Part shown: positions 27,578-38,649 of the stretch, piece after piece
Layout of the letters: the number at the start of each line of letters is the position of its first letter
Position numbering within the stretch: the stretch's first letter is position 1
Source of the DNA: Andalucia godoyi And28
Lineage: Eukaryota; Protista; Jakobida
Assembly (NCBI GenBank): GCA_009859145.1
Contig: VRVR01000033.1
Location: 186,001-250,000, forward strand
Direction: 5' to 3'
Length of the DNA stretch: 64,000 nucleotides
Position numbers and translations under genes: made by a program
Notes under the pieces: model-generated
Databases searched by the model: none
The model's input: only the letters and a program-made list of their open reading frames with translations
What the model was told of the DNA's origin: nothing

Positions 27578-29905
27578 ATGTGGAGACGGCTGCTGAATCA
27601 TGTGACAGGCTCTCGAAAGCACAAGATGCTGCTTCGCGCTATCCCGTCGACTCGGACGCTAGGCATTCCGGTCTCATCATCTTCATCATCTTCTACTTCT
27701 GCCTCCTCGTCGTCGGGCGGGAGACTTCTTGGCGGTCGTAGTGTGGAGCTGCGGACGGTGGAGGACGAATACTCGTATCTCGAGTCTCCGCGGTTCCCGG
27801 CGCGCGAGACACTGCGGTACTTGCGTTCCGAGCGGGCGTTTGCGGACGGTGTGTTCGGCGGACAGTCGGTAGTGTCATTTGAAGCCCGAATACGAGCGTT
27901 TGAGCCGCCGTCGCTTGGATCGTCGTCGTTTGAAGTCATCGGGGAGTACGTGTACATACGACGGCCGTCTTCGCTCGTGCAGATTCGCCGTGGGCGGCAT
28001 GATGGCCTGCATCCGCTTCGAAATGGAGAAGCGGTCGTGGACTTCAGCAGGCATGGGCCGGGATACATCAACAAACTCGTGCTGTCAACGGACCACCGGT
28101 TCCTTGCATACACTTTCGACAAGAGTGGTGCAGAGTCTTACAGCTTGCATGTTGTCGACATTGCATCCGGTGACTTTGTGTGTGATCCGGTGCCGAATGT
28201 GTACAATGTGGTCTTTTCTGGTGTTCCTGGAACGCTGGTCTACACTACGCTGGACTCGTCCGGACGACCGTTTGCCGCCTTTTCCCACACCCTGTTCTCT
28301 CCGTGTGCCGACTCTGAACGCCCATCATTGGCATTGCCGCTGTCCACCACGACAACGGCGACTGCAGTGGGTCCGCCCGAGCTGCTGTATTCTGAGGCCG
28401 ATCCGTCGTTTTTAGTGGACGTTGGGCTGACGAAAGATGCGCTGTTTGTGTGTGTATCTGCGGCATCGAAAACAAGTACGGAAACGAGAATAGTGGACGC
28501 GGGGCTGCATCACGGGTCGCTGCAGCTTGTGCAGAAGCGGGTGCACGGATTGGAATACTTTGTGGAGCATCGCAAGGGGCACTTGTACATTGTCAACAAT
28601 GCCGTGCCGAGCAAGGGAAACCAGCTTTCCATCACAAGCATTGAGAAACCGGGGATCGAGAATTGGGAGCGGATTGCAGAGACAGGCGTCGTCGATGACT
28701 TGGAAGTGCTCAAGGATAATCTCATTGTAGTGGGCTCGAAGAGCGGCTTTCCAAATGTCCGATTGCTCACGCTTGGAGAGTCGCGTGACCGACCTGTGGT
28801 TGTGGAAAGCGAAATGGATGTGAATTTGCCGATCCAACAAGGCGTGGTTTCCCTTGGATCGAATCTGGATCCGGACGCAAGATTCGCGACCGTCATGATC
28901 GAGTCTCCTCTGCAGTCTCCGCAAGAGTTCAGCTTAGAGCTTTCCACGGGTGTCTTGCACAAAAAGTCGCTATCTCTTCTGTTGGATGCCAGGAACCGGG
29001 ATGGCAGCCACGAGCAGAGCAGTGAAAGGATTCGGAATTTAGTTGCCAAGGATGATGCTCCGGTGACATTCGACGTTTCGTCATTGCATGTCCTAGAAAC
29101 ACACATGGTGGGGCCGACAGCAGAGGTTCCTCTGACGGTGGTTCGGCACCGCGATACGCCGTTGGACGGGACTGCGCCGGTGTTCATGACAGTGTATGGC
29201 GCCTATGGAATTTCTCATTCCGCGAGATACGAGCCGTTTCGGCTTCCGATGATGCAAGACGGATGGATCTTTGCTCTTGCGCATGTTCGTGGGGGCAGTG
29301 AACTGGGTCCGCTGCACCATGAGTTTGGACGTCAGATGCACAAAAAGAACACGTTTCACGACCTGATCACCTGTGCCGAGTGGCTCGTTCGCAGCCGATA
29401 TTGTCAAAGCGGGAAAATTGTTGTTTCGGGGCACTCTGCGGGTGGCATGGCTGCTGCTGCGGTGCTTAATATGCGTCCCGAGCTCTTTTCAGCAGCGATT
29501 CTCAATGCACCGTTCGTCGATGTGTTGTCCACTGTCGCGAATCCAGAACTCCCGTTCACTATTCACGAGCGTGACGAATGGGGCAACGCAGATGACGACA
29601 ATGTGTTCCGTTACATCAAGTCGTATTGTCCGTACCAAAACATCCGAGACTCCCATTCGTATCCGCCCGTCTACGTGTCCTTGTCGCTCGATGATCGGAG
29701 AGTACCCGCGTGGGGTCCGCTGAAATACTTTGCTCGAATCAAGAGTCGCCGAGCTGCGGCGCTCGGTAAAGTTCCAGACTTGCTGCAAGTCCATGAACAA
29801 GGCGGCCACTTCGTGGACCTTGTGTCACCATCAAAGAAGGCACGCGAAATGTTCTTTGCCAACTCTTGCGTTGGGAATCTAGGGAACTCGGCATTCGCTT
29901 CCTAG
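27578..29905 (+). CDS. Oligopeptidase B / prolyl oligopeptidase family S9A, possible mitochondrial presequence
   Basis: VYGAYG, AHVRGGSELG, KKNTFHDLITCAEWL, GHSAGG (Ser), PFVDVLST, HERDEWGN, DDRRVP (Asp), GGHF (His). Confidence 0.88.
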   Translation: MWRRLLNHVTGSRKHKMLLRAIPSTRTLGIPVSSSSSSSTSASSSSGGRLLGGRSVELRTVEDEYSYLESPRFPARETLRYLRSERAFADGVFGGQSVVSFEARIRAFEPPSLGSSSFEVIGEYVYIRRPSSLVQIRRGRHDGLHPLRNGEAVVDFSRHGPGYINKLVLSTDHRFLAYTFDKSGAESYSLHVVDIASGDFVCDPVPNVYNVVFSGVPGTLVYTTLDSSGRPFAAFSHTLFSPCADSERPSLALPLSTTTTATAVGPPELLYSEADPSFLVDVGLTKDALFVCVSAASKTSTETRIVDAGLHHGSLQLVQKRVHGLEYFVEHRKGHLYIVNNAVPSKGNQLSITSIEKPGIENWERIAETGVVDDLEVLKDNLIVVGSKSGFPNVRLLTLGESRDRPVVVESEMDVNLPIQQGVVSLGSNLDPDARFATVMIESPLQSPQEFSLELSTGVLHKKSLSLLLDARNRDGSHEQSSERIRNLVAKDDAPVTFDVSSLHVLETHMVGPTAEVPLTVVRHRDTPLDGTAPVFMTVYGAYGISHSARYEPFRLPMMQDGWIFALAHVRGGSELGPLHHEFGRQMHKKNTFHDLITCAEWLVRSRYCQSGKIVVSGHSAGGMAAAAVLNMRPELFSAAILNAPFVDVLSTVANPELPFTIHERDEWGNADDDNVFRYIKSYCPYQNIRDSHSYPPVYVSLSLDDRRVPAWGPLKYFARIKSRRAAALGKVPDLLQVHEQGGHFVDLVSPSKKAREMFFANSCVGNLGNSAFAS

Positions 29906-30130
29906 AAAAAAGAACTCATTCGCGTCGGGTGTGTTTTTTTTATTAATATTTTAAAAAAATTAATAATATTATAAAAGTTTTTGGAACAGCCAAAATTGTA
30001 ATAATCAGAATGAGTAAAATGGCATGATAAATACCAAGAGAAAAAGACTCCCCAGAAGTCTTGATTCATTCTGGGATGCGATAGATGGACACCGGATTCG
30101 CAGTCTTCTTCCTGTTTGGGGTTTTCCCTT

Positions 30131-31882
30131 TCACGAAAGCATGGGACTCACGCCGGGACGCTCCTTGAAGATGAGCGACACTTTTCTAGGAGTTCGACTC
30201 GTGTAAGGTGATCCCGCAGCTGGCGGTTCCCACGGGATCAGCGCCGCGTTTGCACGACCTTCGTTTCGAATCGACTGGTGTGACCGTTCGCGACCCGTTG
30301 TCTTTTTCTTGATTGTTTCTCGCACGACTTTCTGCGACAGCACGCGCGGACTGACATTCGCAACGACATTTGCAGAGGCCGCGCAATTGCGACTGGTCGG
30401 TGCTTGCGAATCGCCGAACATCTTCGAAGCATCGTATACAGCAGCATTCCGTCCATGTTCTGATCCAGGCATGATGACTGTAACGGATCGGCCCGGGAAC
30501 TGGCTAATCGACTGCGGAGCAGCTATTTGCGTTGGAGGGGTCGACATCGTAGCGGGCGATGATGCGACGGTAGTCGCAAAATCCAACGGAAGCGCTGGTA
30601 TGTAGGTTGCACCGGTAATCAACACTTTGCGTGATGGTCCTGCGGTATGCAAGGTTTGTAACACATTTTCAGGCTGGAACTGGCTATGGAGATTGACGGG
30701 TTCCGCGGTTGACGTTGACGCCGAGTCCTTTGTATATTCCATGGAGTGCGACTTCCGTGCTGCCGGTTGCAGAAAGCTGCGGTTGTGCGATGGAAACGTT
30801 GAGCCAGTGATGGTGACCTTTTTCAACGTTGGCATGCATGTGCGATCTCCGAGAATAACGGGCACATCGTATTTCTCATTGTTGCCAGCGTCTTCTGATA
30901 TGGTGTTTGTTTCCGGGTTCTTTGAAACCTGGGAGTTCTTGTGCAGCATCGGAAGTGGAATTGACGAAATTGGAAAATGCTCCTCAAAGTACTCTGCTTC
31001 ATCAATGCGCGCAAGCTCGTCTTCCACAATCGGTTCGCGATTTCTCTGCACCGAGGCAGAAATATGAGCAATATCAGACATCGTAGACTGCTTTCGGTGC
31101 TGTCGAGTGGACTGATCCAAAGGTGAGCGCACACGCGGGGAAGTCGTGGACAAGCTGTTCCGATGATGCGGTCCATGTCTTGAACGGCCCGAAGAATGCA
31201 ATCCACGAACAAACTGGTCATTCAGATTCGATTTTGCATCCGCTTGAATATTCGCAGACGATCGAATCTCTTCTTGCATCATGAACAGTTGGTGTCGGAT
31301 CTGCTCGTTCTCATTCTCAGTCTCAGCAAGACGCTTGCGAATCCAGTTCAGCTCCGATTCGGGATCAAGTTTCATTACGTCCACAAAAGTCCCATCTGCT
31401 CGAGATGGCTCCAATTCCTCACCGTCTTCCGAGTCAACTAAATCACCATGTTGATCAACAGCATTCTCAAAATCCAACATGTCATCCGTGTCTTGTCCGT
31501 CCCCAACCGCAACCGCAGCACTGCCACTGGATTTGAAGGGGTTCATAGAATTCCGTCGACATGCAGCCGCAACAAGATGAGAAGCTCTTCGCAGTTTTGT
31601 CTCCAAGTCTGAAACCAGATGCTTCAACCGAATGTTCTCGCGAACAAATTGCACAGCATCCGTTTCTTTGCTAATGGTAACGAACAATTGCTGCTTCCAT
31701 CCACACAGCACCGAAGTCAGCTCGCGCTTGTCCGCCGGCACGATCGGCGCTTCAAACCGTTCTTCAAATTCAACATCGTCAATCTCTTCTTCGTTCTTGT
31801 ACTCTTGGGACAGCACAAGGAATTCAAGAATTGATGACAGAACAGACTTCCAACTGTCAATAGGAAGCGGGGCGTGTGCCAT
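30131..31882 (-). CDS. Uncharacterised coiled-coil/disordered protein
   Basis: Long ORF with a probable ATG at 31882 (MAHAPLP), because the upstream in-frame part runs through low-complexity spacer. Coiled coils at RENIRLKHLVSDLETKL and RLAETENENEQIRHQL. Confidence 0.6.
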   Translation of the reverse strand: MAHAPLPIDSWKSVLSSILEFLVLSQEYKNEEEIDDVEFEERFEAPIVPADKRELTSVLCGWKQQLFVTISKETDAVQFVRENIRLKHLVSDLETKLRRASHLVAAACRRNSMNPFKSSGSAAVAVGDGQDTDDMLDFENAVDQHGDLVDSEDGEELEPSRADGTFVDVMKLDPESELNWIRKRLAETENENEQIRHQLFMMQEEIRSSANIQADAKSNLNDQFVRGLHSSGRSRHGPHHRNSLSTTSPRVRSPLDQSTRQHRKQSTMSDIAHISASVQRNREPIVEDELARIDEAEYFEEHFPISSIPLPMLHKNSQVSKNPETNTISEDAGNNEKYDVPVILGDRTCMPTLKKVTITGSTFPSHNRSFLQPAARKSHSMEYTKDSASTSTAEPVNLHSQFQPENVLQTLHTAGPSRKVLITGATYIPALPLDFATTVASSPATMSTPPTQIAAPQSISQFPGRSVTVIMPGSEHGRNAAVYDASKMFGDSQAPTSRNCAASANVVANVSPRVLSQKVVRETIKKKTTGRERSHQSIRNEGRANAALIPWEPPAAGSPYTSRTPRKVSLIFKERPGVSPMLS

Positions 31883-32801
31883 CTCGACGGGGATCGTAGT
31901 TCTTCTGTGTACTGTACTCCTGAAGAATCCGACACGGTTGCCCAGAAAAGAAAAAAAAAGACTATGCAAATGTTGTTGCAGTGTTGCTGCAAATTTTTTT
32001 GGGGAGGAAAACAACAACAATAGCAATGGCAAAACTTTCAGTTGGGAAAAGAGGCCCTCCAGCTGAGGAAAGCGCAACCTGTCTTTTGATGGGATTCGAA
32101 CTGCTTGCACGCTTACATCATGTTTTTGCTTGCATCAGCAGCATTCAATCGCAGAAAAAAAAAACATTAACGTGAGCGACAGCAGTTTTTCTGTTTCATT
32201 TTCTCCCTTCGGTTTCTTCGCTCCCTCTAGCGCTGTGCAGATCCTGACGCTCGCCAACACGTAGAAAGTGAGAAAAAGAGAAAGAAAGAAAGAAAGAAAG
32301 AGAGGGGAGAGAGAGAGAGAGACGCGTCTTTTGCACAAACAGGTGCGAACAAAAGACCTGCTTCATGGTTGTGTGCAACCGCTTCCAAGTATTCCGGATC
32401 GATTGTCGTCGATTTCGACTTTGACCGGAGCAAAAGAAGCTGTCGTTCGCTTCTTAGCGAACTTCTATGGATCCTTCCTATCACTTTTTTATTTACTATT
32501 TATCCGCAAAGTCAGAAGTGCCTATTCCAAGCGAGAAATGTGCGTATCGACTATTCGCCCTTCGGAACATTTCCATATGCAGAGGTCCGTCCGTCGGCTG
32601 TAACGGATCCATATTTCCGAACGCGCCCCACCACGCACTAGGAACTGAGAATGTCGTGCAGACTTCCAAAAAGCCAGCAGTGGCCATTTCGTTTCGGCTT
32701 CCTGCTTTCTCTTACTTGACTTGGTTTTTCTTTTTCTTTCTTTCTTTTTCTGTTTTTGTTTTTGTTTTGTTGTACTTCACTTGGCAGGAGTTCCACGGTT
32801 G

Positions 32802-34205
32802 ATGAATTTCAGATTCGATTCAGCAACGATGATTGTGCCGAAGTGTACGGTTTCGACTCTGTGCGTTTTTGCATGTGTGCTTGCATTGTCGTCTGCATCG
32901 ACGATGGTTGCTGGGCATTCGTTCTCGTTTCTGAGTCTTCAGCAACTGACGAATGATCCACCACCAAATGTTCCATATGCACTGATTATTCAGAGATCAC
33001 AGTGCGAAAGTGACAATGAAGTGCTTGCGAATGCCACGGGAGTTTACACGATGTCTCGGGAAATTGATTCGATTCCTTCTGTTGCACTAGACAATACGAT
33101 TTACTTTGGATTTCGGTTTGCATTTAATATTTCTCGTCCTTCTGGTGGTTTTGCGTGCGGCTGCTTCTTTGCAGTTCAGTTTTTTGGAGATACTTACGAC
33201 ATTATCCAGCTTCCACAGCCGGGGGCGGCAGACACTTGCAGAGTGCTTGCGATTGACTATGTTCCTGGGTCCCCGGTGCTGACAGTTGCGTCGTCGGATG
33301 CGACAGCCGGGGCGAACGTTCAGCCATTTCACATTGAAACCCGCCAGTTCGGTGTCCCACTGGTGTTTCCTGTGGGTCTTCGCATTATTTCGTTGACCTC
33401 CATTGCAGCTCGAGACCTGAATGCGTCGTCCACGCAGTATGCTCTAGGTGGTGTATTTTCTTGGGAAGCGCAGGTTAGTCCGTTATTGATTTTCACACAA
33501 AATGGGATACTGTCGACTGTCACCATTCCTCAAAATGCGCCTTCTTATCAGGGTGGATTTTATCCAGTGGCGCCGTACGGGCTTGTCAACCGTGACGACG
33601 GTATCATTTTCATTGCCGGGCAGCTCTATGATGGCAACCTCGGAACGCCGGCTTTGTGGTACTCGACTTCCAGTCAATCGTGGACGACTCCGGTGGCACC
33701 CTTTTCGATCGGGACTGCTGTGACTGCGGATCCGCTGTCTTCTGACGTGTACTTTGCCGGATCAACGGCAGGATCATGGTCGGTGTACAAGACCACCAAT
33801 GCGTCGACCACGCTGTCCTTGGTTGCATCGGGCGATTGCACGCTTTGTCAAGTGAAGAGAGTGATGATGGTCACATCTCTTGCAACCTTGCATCAGAGAT
33901 TGTGGACGCTCGTTTCGTATCATTCATCAGAGGAATGGCAGCTCGGGTCAGCAATTGCGGTGATCGGACCGGAGAATGCATTCTTGTTCGGTGGCGTCCT
34001 CCAAGACCTGGACTACACCGCAGATTGCCCTTCCTCACCCGTCGTTCCTCCGCACCATGACGATGAGGGGTCATCGAATGACGACAAAAAACGCAATGTC
34101 ATCATCGGAGTCACTGTGACAATGGGCATCCTCGTCATCATCGCCGCCGCTGCCGTCTTCTTTGTCATCCGCAAGCGAAGATTGACCTCTTATGCCACCG
34201 TTTAA
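32802..34205 (+). CDS. Type I membrane protein, unknown function
   Basis: Signal peptide (TLCVFACVLALSSAS), beta-rich ectodomain, TM VIIGVTVTMGILVIIAAAAVFFVI and basic tail RKRRLTSYATV. The start is 32802 or 32829. Confidence 0.75.
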   Translation: MNFRFDSATMIVPKCTVSTLCVFACVLALSSASTMVAGHSFSFLSLQQLTNDPPPNVPYALIIQRSQCESDNEVLANATGVYTMSREIDSIPSVALDNTIYFGFRFAFNISRPSGGFACGCFFAVQFFGDTYDIIQLPQPGAADTCRVLAIDYVPGSPVLTVASSDATAGANVQPFHIETRQFGVPLVFPVGLRIISLTSIAARDLNASSTQYALGGVFSWEAQVSPLLIFTQNGILSTVTIPQNAPSYQGGFYPVAPYGLVNRDDGIIFIAGQLYDGNLGTPALWYSTSSQSWTTPVAPFSIGTAVTADPLSSDVYFAGSTAGSWSVYKTTNASTTLSLVASGDCTLCQVKRVMMVTSLATLHQRLWTLVSYHSSEEWQLGSAIAVIGPENAFLFGGVLQDLDYTADCPSSPVVPPHHDDEGSSNDDKKRNVIIGVTVTMGILVIIAAAAVFFVIRKRRLTSYATV

Positions 34206-34676
34206 GGCAAACTTCGCACCCTCCCTCTGCGGTATTCTCTTGTGTTATTTTCACTGCATGTCTTTTATATATTTAAATAAAAAAGTGAGTACTTATTTCA
34301 TTTGCCCGATATCCTCTCTCTGCCCTTCTCTGTCTCCGGCCGTATCGCTCGAAAGGACTGACCAAAAATAATAATAATGATAATAATGATTGGTATGAAA
34401 TAAATAGATTAAATACGATTAAAAAAAATTCTTGTAACGTTTGTAGTGCATGTGCCCCGACCGAACGGACTCGATAACTGCCGAGAATCAGTCACTCCGA
34501 CACAGCTGCCTTGTTCAGGATGTTGCTGTACTTTCAACACACACTTTCGATTCGGCAACAGCATGAGAAGTTTGCGTTGGAGGATAGTATCTGTTAAAGT
34601 TGAAGGAAAAGAAGTCGTATACTGATCATAATACAGAGACTAAGAGTTGTGAGGAGAAAGAGGAAAAAGAAATAGA

Positions 34677-37600
34677 ATGTCGTTTCCAAGCTCGACGCTG
34701 TTTGATGATCTTCCAGCGCCAGATTTTCCCTTCCCAGACCATCTTTCCGCAACCACGCTTCCTTCTTCCGTTCGGTTTCAAGTGTCATCTTCGTCGACCA
34801 ACGGCCTTTTTCTGACTCCACTGGACGCCGCGTCTTCTGCTGTGAATTCTGATCGACCCAGAACAACTAAGCAGATCACCTCCATAGCTGATCTAGACGG
34901 GATTTTGCAAAAGGCTCCGAGTGCAGTGTCCAGCATAAGTCTGTACAACGTGTATCTAGGGCAGAATGACGGACCTCGTGTGATTGCGTCGCTTATGCAC
35001 TTTTCGAAGATGCGAGTAGTGGATCTTGCATGTTGCGGGATCGACGATTCGATGTGCATTGCGATTTCAAGGGCAATCATCCGGTCTGCATCGTTGCGGT
35101 CGATTGAGGTTCTGTCTCTTGGTGGAAACAGGATCGGCAATGCGTCTGCATCGACGACGTTGGCGGACTGTCTCGCAGGAATGAAGAATCTTCATGTGCT
35201 GAACTTGCGCTTCAATGTGATTGGAGATGTCGGCATGCGTGGAGTTGCGAAGGCCCTGGAGAACCATGGATATCTGTCCCACGTGAACTTGTCGTCGAAT
35301 ATGATTGCCGATGGCTCATGCGATGCGTTAAGTGAGATGATTAAGAATGCTCCCTCTCTTCGAGTCCTGGAACTGCTGGGTAACCCAATAGGAGATGAGG
35401 GCCTTGCAAAGATTTGCGAGGGCATCCACTTCTCGCGGACTCTGAAGACTCTGGATTTGTGGTGCAATCGGTTCGGTCCAGATGGCGGGAGAGCGTTGGA
35501 ATCTGTGCTGTCGTCTGTGAATTGTCCGTTGCGAACGCTTTTGCTGGGCAAGAATGCTCTCGGAGATGCGGGAGCGGCAAGCATTGCAAATTCATTGTTT
35601 CGGAATGTGCAGCTGCAAGTGCTGGACCTCTCAGGATGCCAGTTGACAGATCGCTTCGCGCGCGTTCTGCATCCCATCCTACTAGGACAGTCAAGGCTTC
35701 GAGTCCTGTGCATCAAACAGAACGAGCTGACGTTTTCAGGATGCAAAGTTATCTTGGATGCCAGTTTACGGTCTCTTTCCATGCGCATCTTGCATGTCGC
35801 AGAGAACAGATTGACGATTGCTGAATGTGAGTTGCTTGCAAGTCACCATGAAGCGAGTCTTTCGATGCTACGCAGAGATAGCAGCAAGCATCAGAGTTAT
35901 CGATTGCTGGGAGCGGAATCTGATGTGAACGACGATTACAATCCGGTTTCTGATGTGAATGGGTTTACGCCAGCGAGCTTTTCAAACTCTGGATTCGATT
36001 CTCTGTTTTATGCGAATGGAAGGCATCTCAAGGATCTCGAGTCTTTGGAGCTCGTTTGCTTTTCTCCAACGTATCATGTTGACACTGAGCCGGAAGAGCG
36101 AGCACCACCTCTCATGATCGAAGTCCCTGAGGAGCTGCTTTCCGAAGAAGATAAACAGGAGCAGCAGCAGGATGAAGCGAAGGAGGAAGTAGAAGAGGAT
36201 TACGATGTTGAAGTTGATTTCGACGGTTCGGAAGAGTACAACGAATTTGCCGACGAAGAGTATGATCACTCCGCTGCCGGGACAGATCAGCGCTCCCATA
36301 AAAGCGAGAATCCAGATCTCGACGATCAGCGGCTGTCTGTATCGCATGAAGAGACTGTTCCGGAGTCAGATGAAGAAGATCGACTGAGCGAGCGTGCGTC
36401 TGCATGTTCCAGTGCTCCAGTAGATCCAGTTCCAACTGCTTCAGCATCTTCTGGTCAACAGGTTCATAACAACCATGTCGACAACGACAATGACCTAAAG
36501 AGAGAAGAGTCCATTGCGAAAGTTGTGCACGATTTGGAGTCGATGCAGACGAGTGATCCGGCGGCTTTTGAAGAATGGATTATCCGAATGGCAGATTCCT
36601 TGAAGAGGGAGCAGCAGAAAAAGAACGAAGGTATTGCAGTTCTGGCTCCTTCTTCTAAGGCGCGAAGCGAATCGAGTGAACAGACACCATCCGCAGCATC
36701 CGCTGCTTCAGCCGAGCCTACACATTCGTCCGTTATAGAAAATCAACAGCCACAGCCACAGCCACAGCCACAGCCACAGCCACAGCCGCAGCCGCAGCCG
36801 GAGGTGGCAGAGGATGTAGAGCCATCTGCAGCGGAGCCATCTGCAGCTCCTGTTTCGAGCTCATCACAAGCACATGCAGCTCCTCAATCGGCAACCGCTG
36901 GTCTTTCGGAGGGTGCTGCGAGGCAACGATCAACGTCTAATGCCCATCGATCTTCAGCAAAGGCAGATAACGCTACTTCTAGTAACTTGCCTGGCACCAC
37001 TGTTGCCGCATCTACTTCTGATTCACCGGTTATTTCCACCGTTCCTGCCTCCGCGGATGAGTCGTCTGCCTCTAATCACAGGAGGAATGAGAATAGCAAG
37101 CAGACGACGACGTCGTCGTCAACCACCACCAACCCAACGACAGCACCGCCACCAGCAGCAGCATCTCCCTTACCTGTCTCTCAAAAAGAGCATTCCCCGC
37201 CACCGAGCCCCGTCATTCGCAGTCGTGTGAATTCTCTGACCGACTTTGAAGCTCTTGAGCCTGATCACCATTCAAGTACTCACACATCGCGGCAAGCGGG
37301 TGTGAAGGAAGAAGCACTTCTAGATGAGAACGATGTCATTATCCGGGCCCTCAAGGAACGTGAGCAGCGGGAAGCGGCGTTGAATCTGAAAAAGGAAAGG
37401 GCAAACAGCACCAGCATGGCGTCACAGTCGTCAGTCGCCGAGCCTTCTACTCCGCAGAACGATGACCTCATTGTGAGGCTTCCTCCTGGCTACGAAGTTG
37501 ATGAACAAAGAGTGGCTGCGCCGCCGACGTTCGGTGAGTCCCAGAACGATCCAGTCGCCGTTGTTGTTGCGCAAGACAGTACCGCTGGAAAAGATGCGGC

Positions 37601-38501
37601 AGCTTTTGACACGCAGTCGAGATCCAGCTATGCTTTGGATGAGGACATGTCGTACCGGAGCAGCGAAGATGGGTTCGACGATAGACTTTCCGCTGCAGTC
37701 TCTGCGGGCGTCATCACCTTCCAACCAATCCGCCTGTTCATTCCTGAGCGAAACACATACGACAAGGTGTCCCTGGAGATTCGCAAGCAGTGGGTTTCCA
37801 TTAATAAGTCGTCTGTGTTTGGCGGCAAGAAGACATCCGTCATTATTTATACTATGTTACCAACACTGGAAATTGAAAGTCATCCGTTGCATCTCAGCGA
37901 GCTCACCATCAAAACGTCTGGGGAGCGCCTTCCGCCTTCGACGTTTATTGTGACGACTGCCGCTGGAAGAGCAAGTGATGTGGTCAGATCATTTATTGCT
38001 TTTAAGAGGGCGGCAGGTTTCATCACGGATGAGCCGTCTTTTGTCGAGGAGGTGTCGCAGCAACAGCCATTTTCGCCTCGAGCTGAGGACGGTCTCCTGG
38101 ATGAACCCGAAGAGAAACCAGTCTTCCTTGTCGCTGACTATTCCAACTCTCCGTCACACACGCAGTCTTCAGCGGCAGCATCTCCAAGCACGCCGCAGAA
38201 TTCTCATCATGAATCCTCATCACCTCATCTGAGGACGCAGGAGCGCCAGCGCTCAGGCAGTGTATTTTCGCAGTCATCGACCCACTCGTCGTCGTCTGCG
38301 CCAAAACAAAAGCGACGAGTGCGCGTCATTGCGGATTACGAGCCGAATGACGAGCGCATGTTGTCTGTCAAGCGTGGCGACATACTGGAGCAAATTCACG
38401 AGGAGCAGGGATGGTGGATGTGTCGCGATACCAAGAATCGCTTCGGATTTGTTTCCCCTTACTATTGCGAGGATGTGGATGAAGTCAACTCTACTTTGTA
38501 A
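34677..38501 (+). CDS. RNI-like leucine-rich repeat protein with acidic/disordered middle, PH-like region and C-terminal SH3
   Basis: LxxLxLxxNxIGDxG repeats (about 34900-35830) and SH3 VRVIADYEP..LSVKRGDILE..GWW..FGFVSPYYC (about 38320-38480). Confidence 0.85.
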   Translation: MSFPSSTLFDDLPAPDFPFPDHLSATTLPSSVRFQVSSSSTNGLFLTPLDAASSAVNSDRPRTTKQITSIADLDGILQKAPSAVSSISLYNVYLGQNDGPRVIASLMHFSKMRVVDLACCGIDDSMCIAISRAIIRSASLRSIEVLSLGGNRIGNASASTTLADCLAGMKNLHVLNLRFNVIGDVGMRGVAKALENHGYLSHVNLSSNMIADGSCDALSEMIKNAPSLRVLELLGNPIGDEGLAKICEGIHFSRTLKTLDLWCNRFGPDGGRALESVLSSVNCPLRTLLLGKNALGDAGAASIANSLFRNVQLQVLDLSGCQLTDRFARVLHPILLGQSRLRVLCIKQNELTFSGCKVILDASLRSLSMRILHVAENRLTIAECELLASHHEASLSMLRRDSSKHQSYRLLGAESDVNDDYNPVSDVNGFTPASFSNSGFDSLFYANGRHLKDLESLELVCFSPTYHVDTEPEERAPPLMIEVPEELLSEEDKQEQQQDEAKEEVEEDYDVEVDFDGSEEYNEFADEEYDHSAAGTDQRSHKSENPDLDDQRLSVSHEETVPESDEEDRLSERASACSSAPVDPVPTASASSGQQVHNNHVDNDNDLKREESIAKVVHDLESMQTSDPAAFEEWIIRMADSLKREQQKKNEGIAVLAPSSKARSESSEQTPSAASAASAEPTHSSVIENQQPQPQPQPQPQPQPQPQPEVAEDVEPSAAEPSAAPVSSSSQAHAAPQSATAGLSEGAARQRSTSNAHRSSAKADNATSSNLPGTTVAASTSDSPVISTVPASADESSASNHRRNENSKQTTTSSSTTTNPTTAPPPAAASPLPVSQKEHSPPPSPVIRSRVNSLTDFEALEPDHHSSTHTSRQAGVKEEALLDENDVIIRALKEREQREAALNLKKERANSTSMASQSSVAEPSTPQNDDLIVRLPPGYEVDEQRVAAPPTFGESQNDPVAVVVAQDSTAGKDAAAFDTQSRSSYALDEDMSYRSSEDGFDDRLSAAVSAGVITFQPIRLFIPERNTYDKVSLEIRKQWVSINKSSVFGGKKTSVIIYTMLPTLEIESHPLHLSELTIKTSGERLPPSTFIVTTAAGRASDVVRSFIAFKRAAGFITDEPSFVEEVSQQQPFSPRAEDGLLDEPEEKPVFLVADYSNSPSHTQSSAAASPSTPQNSHHESSSPHLRTQERQRSGSVFSQSSTHSSSSAPKQKRRVRVIADYEPNDERMLSVKRGDILEQIHEEQGWWMCRDTKNRFGFVSPYYCEDVDEVNSTL
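36747..36799 (+). repeat. (CAGCCA/G)n coding repeat giving a (QP)n tract
   Basis: Tandem hexamers inside the LRR-SH3 CDS. Confidence 0.9.
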
Positions 38502-38649
38502 AGCCGCAAGTCATGGAAGGGAGGAAAGAAAATAGTGAAAAAATTTGACGAGGGGAGAAAGAAACAGACGAAGAAAAGAAGCGACTAGATAAAATTAAAA
38601 AAGGATGCGTCCAGTTCGTGTTCTTTACGGGGATTGCTATAGCGTGAGC

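Noticed and set aside
32227-32687. Small minus-strand ORFs (63 aa and a KFAKKRTT.. frame) as a spliced gene
   Set aside because: The only obvious GT..AG join creates a stop, and no homology was recognised.
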